From assembly GCA_028534125.1 (NCBI GenBank), contig CM052818.1, positions 41,790,001-41,854,000 of the forward strand: a stretch of DNA of 64,000 bases, given 5' to 3'. Shown here in pieces: positions 48,661 through 59,854 of the stretch. Below the pieces are notes generated by a model. That model made no database searches, was not told the DNA's origin, and saw only the letters and a list, made by a program, of their open reading frames with translations. The translations under genes were made by a program, and so were the position numbers. Numbering within the stretch: the stretch's first letter is position 1; every line of letters starts with the position of its first letter. The stretch is from Lama glama. Its lineage: Eukaryota.

Positions 48661-50497
48661 GATTGCTGGGTTTGTGTCCAAAGGTCACAGCAGCCCATCT
48701 GAAGGACTGCTCCTGGCGGAAAATGATGCATCTTGAGTCTGAAAAACGAAAATAACCAAAAGGAACGAAACTTGAAATAAATACACACACAAAACTCCAT
48801 GAGTTCATAAAACTCTTTTAAATGTCAGTGTTCACCTTAGCAGTTGTACGGGCACAAAGTCATTCTGAAAACTGATAAAAAGGAGGAATCTATCCTTTTA
48901 AAAGATAATTAAATGATACAGCACCTTTATCTCGTATTAACTTACTAGCACAGAGTAAGGTTTCACTAATGTTACACTTTACTGGACAACTAGAACATGT
49001 TTCTTCAGAGGAGAAAATGAATCATATTCTTCCTTTTTTTTTTTAATTTCTTCTTCCTTCTTTTGATGAATTTCCTCTAGTTTCCCAGTGGCCAGCACAG
49101 GCTTAGGTTCTTAGTAGGTGCTCAACACGCACTGATCAATTCCCAGGTCAGAAGCCACAAGTCTTTCAATATCACATTCCTCTGCCTTTGACGTTGTAAG
49201 AGGCAGGATGAGAGAGCGCCACGAGCAGAAGGCGAGAGCTCTGGGAGGGCAACTGTGATCCAGGCAGGGACCCTCCCCTCCTCTCTCTGCCTCCCTTGAA
49301 TAGGAGCGAAGGAAGGACTCTGCTTTAAGAAACCAGATCATTAGAGCTCAAAGACACCGTTGCAAACACCCCATGCAACCCCCTTGTCTGCAGATGAAGG
49401 GACCGTGACTCTTGAAGGTTAAGTGACTCGCTCAAGATCACAAAGCCAGTCAGCTCGGCTCGAGCCCGGTGCTCTTTTCACTGTGCTGCTTCAAGTAAGT
49501 CGCTGGGAAAGAAATTCAAAGCTCAGCTTTAAGATTCCTGAGATGGATTTTCTGAGGCAACCGAGCTCAGCTCTGCTTCTGAAGAAAGGGAGGGGAGAGA
49601 AAGGAATGGTTTAAACCGCTCCAGACGACACGTGTCCCCAGGTGCTATTCTGCACAGCAGCTGGAATGTTATTTGTGGACATTTCATGGATGTTTGAAGG
49701 TGGGAGCACAGCTTCTCCCAGATGTTCCTGGGCCAGAGGGCTACTTAACAGACTCTGAGTGGGCCTGGTCTTCCCACATCAGTGGAGCAGCTAATGATGG
49801 CTACCCCTCCACCCCAGCCTGTCTGTGGGTACCAGCTCCGAGACATCATTAGGATCACAAAGAAAGTAGAAAATAAATGTGGGTCATTCCATCTCAAAGG
49901 CAGGAGCTCCTCCTGATCTAGATCTCGGGGCCCTGTCTGGTCTAGTTCATGAATGATGAGCTGAAACACAGTCACAGTTCTCCAGGCTCCTGTCTGGGCC
50001 ATTGGTCTCACTGACTGTACACCACCCTCACAGCCGTTCCATCCTGTGACACACAAAGTGTGGCCACCACCTGGAGCGCTCCTCATAGGGCTGGCGCCAT
50101 GTCATCCCTCTGGGCTCAAATCAAACATCAACTTAGCAGAGAGCCCTCTGAACCCAGCCCACCTGGATCACTCTGCACCGTTGCTCTTTTCTCTTCTTTA
50201 TGGCACTTAGCACTATTCTTCTTAGCATAATATTTATTCTTTTGTGTGTATGTCCATCTTCACTTTCTAATGGAAGCCCCATGAGGATAGGACCTGGCTT
50301 GTCTTGCTCAGGGATGCACCCTCTGCCGCTTACACACCACCAGTGCCACCAACAATTTGTTGAAGGTATGATTTCAGCTTCTGAGGTGGGTTGAGCTAAG
50401 GGGACAGCCTCTACGAGCCATCAAAAAGAAGACTAACTTCAAGAAGCCATCCCTGGCCACTTCCAGGACCCCATCGCGACTCTGATGGTCTACATAC

Positions 50498-50675
50498 TAC
50501 TGGCTCTCCAACTTGACTGCACATTGGAATCACAAGGAGAGTTCTGAAAAGCACTGATGTCTGGGTTCCATCCCCAACCAGTCTGATCTAATTCGTCAGA
50601 ATGTGCTTGGAAATTGGGAACCTTTAAAGTTCTCCAAGTGATTCCAATGTACTGCCAAGTTTAGGAAGTGCTGGT
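50498..50675. mobile_element. hAT-Charlie MITE (MER5B-like)
   Basis: ctctccaacttgactgcacattggaatcac...ctgatgtctgggttccatcccc...gtgattccaatgtactgccaagtttagga. Confidence 0.75.
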
Positions 50676-51125
50676 CTACACCTCCTACGAGGTCATAGGC
50701 AGGAAACACTCCTGGTGCAGTGCTCTGAAAGCAAGAACAAGAGCAAAGAAAGGAAGAAACAACACTAATTGAACGTCTATCATATGCAAGGTTCTATACC
50801 AGGTAATGTACACACGTTTTCATTACCTGTGAAAGCAGCACTGTGAGATGGGCATTATTTATTTCATTCATTTAACAACTCGTGAGTATTAACCATTTTT
50901 CAGGCACTATTCTTATAGCAAACTCATGAAGTAGGAGTGATTCTCACCCTCACTGGAGGTTAAGTGACGTGGTAAGCGTCTGCGCCACCGTCAGAACCCA
51001 GTCTGTTTCCAGGGCAACCTCCATGTTGTTCTCTGTGTTATCCTGCCTCTGTTACTATCTCTATTGGATAAAGAAATTGCAGTTTAATAAGATATAAAAT
51101 AACTTAAAGATATAAAATCAAACTG

Positions 51126-51775
51126 ACACAGCAGATGTTTATGGCAGCTCCGTTCATAACTGCCAAAACTTGGAAATAACTAAGACGTCCTTCAGCAGGT
51201 GACCAGATAAATGAACTGTGGTCCATCCAGACCATGACATACTATCCAGCACTAAGGAGAAAAGAGCTATCAAGCCACGAAAAGATGTGGAGGAAACTTA
51301 AATGCATATTACTGAGTGAAAGGAGTTAATTTCAAAAGGCTTCACATTGTATGGTTCCAACTATATGACGTTCTGGGAAAGGCAAACTACAGAGGCAGTA
51401 AAAAGATCAGTGGTTGCCAGGGCCTAGTAGGAGAGAGGGATGAATAGATGGAGCACAAAGCATTACAGGGTAGTGGAAATACTCTGTATGGTGCTGTAAT
51501 GACGGACACCTGTCATCATATGTTTGTCCAAACCCACAGAATGTCCAACACCAAGAGTGAACCCCAATGTAAACTGTGGACCTTGAGCAATAATGATGTG
51601 TCAGCGCAGACTCACCAACGTAACAGATGTACTGTCTTGGTGGGAATGTTGATCACAGGGCAGACGGTGCATGTTAGAGGGGTAGGAGGCTTGTGAGAAA
51701 TCTCTGTACCTTCCTCTCAGTTTTGCTGTGAAGCTAAAACTGCTGTAAAAAATAAAGTCTATTTCACAAAAAAAG
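51126..51775 (+). mobile_element. Older LINE-1 3' end (L1MC1/2-like)
   Basis: gctatcaagccacgaaaaga, aaaagatcagtggttgccaggg and terminal gaaatctctgtaccttcctctcagttttgctgtgaagctaaaactgctgtaaaaaataaagtctatt. Confidence 0.85.
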
Positions 51776-52679
51776 TTGTGTGGCCCATGCAGTCGTCTCA
51801 TCCAGTTTCAAATCCTGTTCCCGGTATTTTTCATGTGTGCATCTATTACTTTCACTGAGATTCTAAGAGCTTTGAGATCAGGGACCCCATAGTTTACTGT
51901 TTCTGATTCTCCCAAAAAGCCAGCCACGGTGCTGAGGGCACAGTAGGTGCTTATTAAACAGTTGTTTGAAGTGGAAATTGTAAGGGTGTTGTAAGAAACA
52001 CAGTCAGATCGATTTCAAGCACGCATGGTATTCACATAAAGGCTCGCGGTGTATGTAGTAGAGGTGGCTCTTTAATAATAAGATTAGAATGATCTGCAAT
52101 TAACACAGCCACGCACCAGCTGGCAGTGGCCGGCTCTCTGCTCCTTAATGGACTTTCCTTCTTTACTTATAAACTAGAGACTTGCAGTTGGTAAAGCGCT
52201 TTTGCAAATCAATAATCAGTGGTAATAATGATTTTAATAATTGCATTACTATGATCATCATCATAAGGGTAACAAGATCAGTAAGGCAGAGGATGAGCAA
52301 ATCCCTGACCAAGGAGAAAACCATGACTCAGATTCAATGGTGAATCATAATCTGATTTCCCTTTTTCTTTCATTTCATATTTAAATTCCACCTAAAATGT
52401 TTGCTAGTTGGATAATGTAAGGACAACTTTAGAAACTAAATATTATACACAATCTGCATGATTTCAGTCTCCAAGGCTATGTTGTGTGGCCATTAGAGTT
52501 GAGCTCTCTGTTCAATGAATGCCTTCCCCACACCCATCCTCCAGACACCTGGCTTTCCTGTCCCCTGAATACCTGTGCACTGAGCCCCAGCTGGGATGCC
52601 AGCCTCCACACACCTGCCGTGGTTTCATTACTCTAGCCCGTTATTCTGTGAATTTTCTAGAAGGCACAGTCACTGCCTG

Positions 52680-53235
52680 AAATCATCCTCATTTTACAGA
52701 TGAAGAGACTGAGGCGCAGAAGAAGCACTTTGCCCTGAATCACACGGCTTCCGATGGGCAGAGCTGGGACTGGAGTCCAGACAGCATGGCCTGACGAGGC
52801 CAGGCCCTTGCCTGGGCATCACGCGGCCTCTATCGCTGATATTCTGTTACCATCTGTTTGATAAAGAGCAAATCCCAGCTCCTCCAAATCCCAGCTCCTC
52901 CAAATCACTCTCCGAGTCTCAGGTTTCTTAGGTGTAAAATAGGGATAAAAATAACTCCTGAGGAAGGCTGTCGTGAAGACTAAGTGAATTAATCACCGTA
53001 GGATGCCTGCCATACACTTTGGGAGTGCGTCCTAACACTCACGCATAGGCGGTGCTCAGATGTGCGTCCCAGCTCTGCCGCCTACTAGCAGATTATTTAA
53101 CCTCCCTCAGTGTCCTCATCTGCAAAATGGGGACAGAAATATTACATCCCGCATGGGGATTATATGACAATTAAGTGAAATGATGTATCCGAAAAGTTTA
53201 GAAAACCACAAGACATATAGGAGCTCATAGGTATT
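52680..53235. mobile_element. Cluster of three MIR fragments (one minus, two plus)
   Basis: ctcattttacagatgaagagactgaggc (minus); ctcaggtttcttaggtgtaaaatagggataa and cctcagtgtcctcatctgcaaaatgggga (plus). Confidence 0.7.
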
Positions 53236-54052
53236 TGTCTCTGGTGGTGGTGGCGGTGGTGTTGTTGTTGTTATATTATTCTACTCTTACCTTTGTCCTG
53301 ACTGTGTGCATTTTATGGTTTAATCAGAGTGCAGAGACCATCTCAGTGTCTGCTGTTCTCATCAATCTTGTATCTTTACTGTTTTTCCATAGTTCTCCAC
53401 GGTTTCCTTAATTATCATTTTAGGATGACAGAGTAAGTTACTAAGGTGTTGACCTACTGGGGGACGGGTTTTCAATTCAACACACATTTCCTGAACGTTG
53501 CTCTGCGCCAGCTCTGTGCGAGGGTCTTCAGAGGATACGAAGAAATATTTGCGAGGTACATTCCCCACCCTCGCCCAGGAGAAAACTACAACGTAGTTAA
53601 GATACCTGCTGTAACTGAACTTTAAGAAATTTCCATACTAGCCCAGGGGAAGAAGTCAATTCAATCAAAGGGGAGATTTAGATTTTGAAACTGAGCATGC
53701 TCTTTCCAGAAGGGGCTTCTGGTGAATACACTGGAATGCTAACTGATTGGAATGGCAGGGACCCGAAAATCTTCAGGTCCACGATGCTTACTTTACAGAT
53801 GGGGAAGCAGAGACTCGGCGTAGGCAAGAGAGTTGCCCAAAGCCACACAGCACTAGGTGACCTCAGCGGGAAGAGAGGGACATGGCTGCACTCACTGCTC
53901 TTCTGGCCCGTGGGAAGAAGTAAGCCAGAACACAGAGTTTGGGACCCAGGAGAACTATTCTTCGGTCCAGCTACCATGGGCCAAAGGACTTAGATGGTTA
54001 CTAACCCTCTCTGGGCCTCAGCTGCCTCCCTCACCTATTACACAGGCATTTT

Positions 54053-54199
54053 TGGTGGGGCAGAGGGGAGGTAATTTGGTTTATTTACTTATTATTATCA
54101 TTATTATTTATTATTATTTTAAATGGAGGTACTGGGGATTGAACCCAGGACCCTGCGCATGCTATGCATGCACTCTACCACTGGGCTATACCCTCCCCC
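54053..54199 (-). mobile_element. tRNA-Ala-derived camelid SINE with perfect TSD
   Basis: ggaggtaatt...tggaggtactggggattgaacccaggaccc...ctctaccactgggctataccctcccc; TSD tacacaggcatttt at 54039-54052 and 54200-54213. Confidence 0.95.
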
Positions 54200-55156
54200 T
54201 ACACAGGCATTTTGAACCCTATAAAATATTACTAATTCAAGTTGGGTTCATTGAGAATTTGTTTTTTTAAAAAAAAAAAAAAGCTCAGTTTTCTAGCCTT
54301 TAAAAATTAGCCTAAATAAATGAAAATACAATGAACCATATACTCTGCAAATTATTTTCATATTTGCTGTCTCATTTGAGCAAAGGCGTTTAAGATAACT
54401 GATAGTGATGAGGAAACTGAGGTCCAAAGGGACCAAGCGAAATCATCCTGCTGGAAACAAAGTGTGAATTCAAACCCACTTCTGCCAAGTCCATCCTTCC
54501 CCTGCCCTGCATGGCTGAAGTGACTTCGGGTTTGTTATTGCTATTTTAAAAGACACAATATCCCCAGGTTTCATATCCACGCTGTGAATACTTGGAATAT
54601 CCGTGGGTTTACGGAAATCCTCTCTCATACATTTAGGAGCATGAATAAGTCACTAGCCTACTTCATCCAGTCATTATTAGTAATTGGATAAACACCAAGA
54701 GATCCTTCCGCAGTCAGTGTACATGGAACCAAGCACATGCCTCAGTTCCAGAGGATATCAGCGCACTTCCTATGTATTTCATAGTTAAAACTAACAAACA
54801 TTTATTGTAAAACATTGATTGTAAAAACCGTTAGCATCCTGGGCACTGTCTGTACACTTGAGGATGAGCCAGCCAGGTCTGAGCACTTTCCAGGGTCAGG
54901 GGCAAAGGTGTCAGGGGCCTGAAGGCAGTTTTCCAAACTCCTCACAGTGGCGGGAGTCCCTAGTTAGAGAGGATGCTTGGACCTCTGGGATTGCTTTGAA
55001 AAGCTTTTGGGAAGGAGGCCCTGTGGGAAATGCCTGGAACTCTCTCAAATTGGCTCCATTTCAGACCCCCAAGACCAAGAAAGCATTCAAAGGGGAGTCC
55101 TGAAGGAACCATTTATATGGAGATCTTCTCGGGGGGCTGTCCAGGAGCTTGGCCGC

Positions 55157-55656
55157 NNNNNNNNNNNNNNNNNNNNNNNNNNNNNNNNNNNNNNNNNNNN
55201 NNNNNNNNNNNNNNNNNNNNNNNNNNNNNNNNNNNNNNNNNNNNNNNNNNNNNNNNNNNNNNNNNNNNNNNNNNNNNNNNNNNNNNNNNNNNNNNNNNNN
55301 NNNNNNNNNNNNNNNNNNNNNNNNNNNNNNNNNNNNNNNNNNNNNNNNNNNNNNNNNNNNNNNNNNNNNNNNNNNNNNNNNNNNNNNNNNNNNNNNNNNN
55401 NNNNNNNNNNNNNNNNNNNNNNNNNNNNNNNNNNNNNNNNNNNNNNNNNNNNNNNNNNNNNNNNNNNNNNNNNNNNNNNNNNNNNNNNNNNNNNNNNNNN
55501 NNNNNNNNNNNNNNNNNNNNNNNNNNNNNNNNNNNNNNNNNNNNNNNNNNNNNNNNNNNNNNNNNNNNNNNNNNNNNNNNNNNNNNNNNNNNNNNNNNNN
55601 NNNNNNNNNNNNNNNNNNNNNNNNNNNNNNNNNNNNNNNNNNNNNNNNNNNNNNNN
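55157..55656. other. Assembly gap (500 N)
   Basis: Run of exactly 500 N; the round size suggests a scaffolding placeholder. Confidence 0.99.
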
Positions 55657-55706
55657 CTGGTTAATTTCCTTATCAACTCTTACTCTTTAACACCAAGGCC
55701 TGTAGA

Positions 55707-55872
55707 CCAATGCTTCTCCCACTTCTATATGTCTATGGCTCATGGGGTATTTTGTTCAAATGCAAGTTCTGATTGGGTAGGTGTGGGGTGGGGACCCCTG
55801 CTCGGCATGTCTAACAGTCTCCCCGGTGATGCAGATGCTACCGGTCCACGAACCACACTTTAAGTAGAAAGG
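55707..55872. mobile_element. hAT-Charlie MITE (MER5A-like)
   Basis: caatgcttctccc...aaatgcaagttctgatt...ggggtggg...ggtgatgcagatgctaccggtccacgaaccacactttaagtag. Confidence 0.75.
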
Positions 55873-57997
55873 CTATAGCCTGGGATGGCAACTGCTCCTC
55901 GCCTGCTCCTTATCACGAAATCCCCTTGCAAGAGTAACCCAGAAGCAAGCTCATTAACTGATGGGATTTCCTCTGTGCTTCCTTTTCCGGGAGCTGAGAG
56001 CACTCTCTGGCACCAGGACAGCACCTTACTGTTTACAGAGCCGTTTCCTGTCCGTCTGATCAGTCCTCTTCCACCTGCCAGGTCAAGTAGTTCAGTGAGG
56101 CATCGTCTCTCCATTTGGCAAAGGAGGAAAGCGAGGCTCGGGGAGGTCCCCACTCTCCAAGCGGCTCCAGTCTGTGTGGCACTGAGCAGCAGACTCACCT
56201 TTCCCATGCCTGTCATCACCACTGGCTCACAGCCCACAGCCCTGGTGGCCTCTGGCCTGGAGCAGAGGGAAGGGGTGATGGAATGCATCCTAGTGAGACA
56301 GCACTGCGACACGTCCATTGGTGATGACGGATCATCCAGGCTTCTTGGCGTCTCAGCCATCCCTCCACACTGGATAGCAGCCTGCAGTGACCTTGTGCCC
56401 TCAGTGCTAGGCATCTTGTGTATGCTGCCTTGCCGCTTTACAACAACCCTGCAAGATTAGATTTGTTCTCCTCCCTTTTACAGTTGGGGAAAGAAAAGCC
56501 TGAAGAAGCTCCATCAGATGTTCAAGGTCACAGTGGATGTTCCAGGAGAGGAGTTGGAGTCAGGGGCAACGGCTACCCAAGTCTGTTCCTGTAGCGATCC
56601 CTTTACGTCCCTTAAATGTACCACTCATACTCTGTCTCTAAGTGCTCCACATCGTAGTGCGTTGCTGTCCTAGAAGTGTCTGCTGTGTTCCACAAACACC
56701 TGTGGAATAGAATGAAACGGAATTGAACTGAACGATGCTTTCGAAGACATGATATTTCAATAGCTTATTGCCTCCTGGAGTGACTGGGAAAGAGGAACAC
56801 AGCATTTCATACTCTATATAAAGTTAGTACAACTTGATGCTTTGCAAACTGCTCCAGAGAGAATGTCATAAAGGGAAGCACAGGGCAGGCAGAGAAGGCC
56901 CGAGAATTACTTGTCTCTGTTTTCGCGTTTCTTGTGGACAGAGAGCCAGTCTGTGCAGAGATTTATTTCACCTTCTCAATTCTATTTAAAACAATAACTA
57001 TTACGATTCCTCTTTTAGCACCTGCTCTTTGCCAGATATTGTATCGGGTATACGTTATGGCGCTCGGTCCTTACAAAAAGCCTAGGAAGTAGGTGTTCGT
57101 ACCTTTAGAATGATGGGAAATGGTGCTTAGCAAGCTTAAGTGCCTGGTCCCAAACCACAGCCCTAGCAACAGGGTTTCCAGAGCTCCCCTGACTTTCTCT
57201 CTCCTCTTTGTTTTTATCCCACTATCTTTCCAATAATGATGCAAAGTTAGTTTGAAAATAAGATCAAGTGGACTAATGTGAGCAATTTGAAGTTATCTAC
57301 ACCATTTAGATTGTTTTCTCGTATCTATGCTTTTTCATTCTCCACTCCACTCCCCCACCCTCATACCCCGCCCTTGAAATAGACGTGCCCATTGCTAGGT
57401 TATGGAGAAAAAGCTGAAGCCCAGAGAAGGCGTATCGCTACCAAAAGTCACCCAGATTCAGCTCCAAGTATAAAAAAGAAACCATTTTACTTGGAGGTCC
57501 GTTTCCCATGGTGCACAGTAAACCATAGCATATCTTTCCGCTTCACTGAGACCAGCCTGTACCTTTTGGCTAAAGTCCACGCAAGACTTGCAGAGAGTGA
57601 AAAGAACAGACACAGGACCATTCAGAGAGAGTCATCAGGAAAGGATGCATTTCTGAGCATGGAAATGTTAACATTGCAGAGCTAATTTCATTTTTTAAAA
57701 TCCTCCAAATACCTTACTCACAGTCTCTTTCTTTCAACCTAAATACTTGTTGAAAGAATAAAATACAACATCTAAAGTGAATTTTGCTCTGACTTTTCAA
57801 GTGGCGAAAGGGAAAAAAAGACCATGAAAGCTATGTTCATGTCTGGCTCAAATTGTCAGTAATTTCCCTTTTATAGAATTGATCCTTGGTGAACGACTTC
57901 CCCTGAGTTCCTGCCATAGTTTCAGACATAAAAAGCACAATAAAAATATTGAGGAAGAGCCTTCAGTGTAGCGATGTGTGGTAGTTTCAAGTTCATC

Positions 57998-58063
57998 GGT
58001 ATCTGTCTCTGATATAAAACCAGTCACCACCTGGAAGCAGTTTTTATATCAGAGACAGATACC
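57998..58063. repeat. Perfect 22-bp inverted repeat with 22-nt spacer
   Basis: ggtatctgtctctgatataaaa (57998-58019) and ttttatatcagagacagatacc (58042-58063) are exact reverse complements. Confidence 0.97.
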
Positions 58064-59564
58064 AGCTAGACACTGGCTAGGAGCTGCGGTCTCAGCTTGG
58101 GAGGGGCAGTGCTGAGTAGTGAGGTGGGGGACTCATCTGTGACCTCCTTGGGACACCTTATAGGACCCAGGGAAAGGGTGGAAGAAGACAGAAGCTTTTC
58201 TCTCCATCCCTTTATCCTCAGCACCTGATGTTATGTGTAGTGTTGGCATCAATAACATGTTTGTTGGCAGGATGGAAGGAGGAAGGGAGGTGGGCAGGAG
58301 GAAGGAAGGAGCCTCCATCCTGTTCATCAGGATAGGAGAGGGCTTGCCAAGAAGTGAAACCACTTGAGCGAAGAGGCAGGGGTGGGAAACAGCCTGGACT
58401 AGAACGGACCTTCGTGCAGGGTGCAAGGGCAGGGGGCAAGGGCTGGGACAGGAGCAGAAACTGGACCACGGGGGTTTCCACATCAAGCTAAAGAGCTGGT
58501 CTTTATTCTCCAGAGGACAATCATGGGTCAGTCAGTGGTTCTAAGGAAGAGAGAGAGACAGAGAGCTGGAATTGGGTTTTAGAAACGGCATTCTGGCCGC
58601 AGCTGGGGAAGATGGGTTGGTAGGGGGAGGAGTAGTGCTGGGTGCAGAAAAGAGGCCCTGCACCGCATGCAGACAATCCCTGGTGCAGACGGAGGATGGC
58701 AAGCGCTTTAAGGGCCACAGAAAGCAGGGCCTTGGTGCCTGCTTGGGTCCCGGGGCTGGGGCGGGGGTGGGGGGTGAGGGCTGGTTCCCAGATTTCTCCT
58801 GCAGAAGCGACACAGGGGGAGAAGCAGGTTTAAAACGCCCAGTGAAGAACATGAGAAATCGCTGTTCTCTGTTGCTTTTCTGTTTCCCTTTCATTTAGTT
58901 TGGACAAGAGAGGCAACAGGAGTTCAATGACGCCTTTCTTTCTTCAGCCCGATCGGTCATTCACTGAAGGCGGTGGGGAGGGGAGCCGCGCGGAGGGCGA
59001 GGGCCAGGGTATTAGCAAACACCGAGCTAAAGCCGCCGAGTGGTTACTAAACAGAGAGCCCCGAGTCGCCGGCGAGCACCTGCCGCGTGTGTGACGCCCA
59101 GCGCCACCGTGTCCCCGTGTCCCCGGGGGCGCTCGCTCAGCCCTCTGGCCATTTCCAACCCGAACACGCGGGGAAAGAGAGCAAAGCCTGGTCCCCACTG
59201 GCAACTTTACAGACCCAGGGACTTGCTTTAGAGACCGTTCCGCCAGCTTAACCTTTATAGTTGCTTTTTTTATTACAGAGATTTTTTTTGCATTTATTTT
59301 GGTGCCTGGGTTTTTGTTGTTGCTGCTGTTTGTTTGTTTCAAAACAGCTGCAACCTGCCGGTACATTTCAGACTGCCGCCTTCTCCCCACCCCCCGCTCC
59401 CCACGGCCCCCCTCCCCTTGCTTCCAGCACATCTGGGACACCGCACCACCAGGAGCAGGAGCGAGGGCGCATCCCAGGGACAGTCTCCGCAGAGATCGCC
59501 CGCATTCCTGGGGGCTCCTGACGTTTGAACCCAGCGCCTTTCCCACTATGAAGAGAACTGGCTG

Positions 59565-59701
59565 CTTTCCCTTCCTCCCAGACCTCTGTCTCTCCCTCCA
59601 TCTCCCTTCTCTCCGCCTTTCTCTATCTGTCTCAGTCTCTCTCTCTCAATCTCTGTCTCTCTGTTTCTTGATTTCTCTCTCTCTCTCTCTCTCCCTCTTT
59701 T
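59565..59701. repeat. CT-rich polypyrimidine tract
   Basis: ~135 nt of almost pure C/T including (CT)n runs. Confidence 0.9.
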
Positions 59702-59824
59702 CAAATTTCAAAGCAGCCCCTTGAAAGGCTGACTATTCAGGGCGGGCAGAATGAGGCCTCTCTCGGGCTGGGCTGCAGTCAAAGCCGCGCGCACTTCTGA
59801 AGCGGCTGCGGCCGGTCCACCCGG

Positions 59825-59854
59825 GGCGGCGGCGGTGGCGGCGGCGGCGGCGGC
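59825..59854. repeat. (GGC)3-GGT-(GGC)6 trinucleotide repeat
   Basis: Read directly. Confidence 0.95.

Noticed and set aside
54977..55863. Long ORFs of 171-277 aa
   Set aside because: Artefacts of translating through the N gap.
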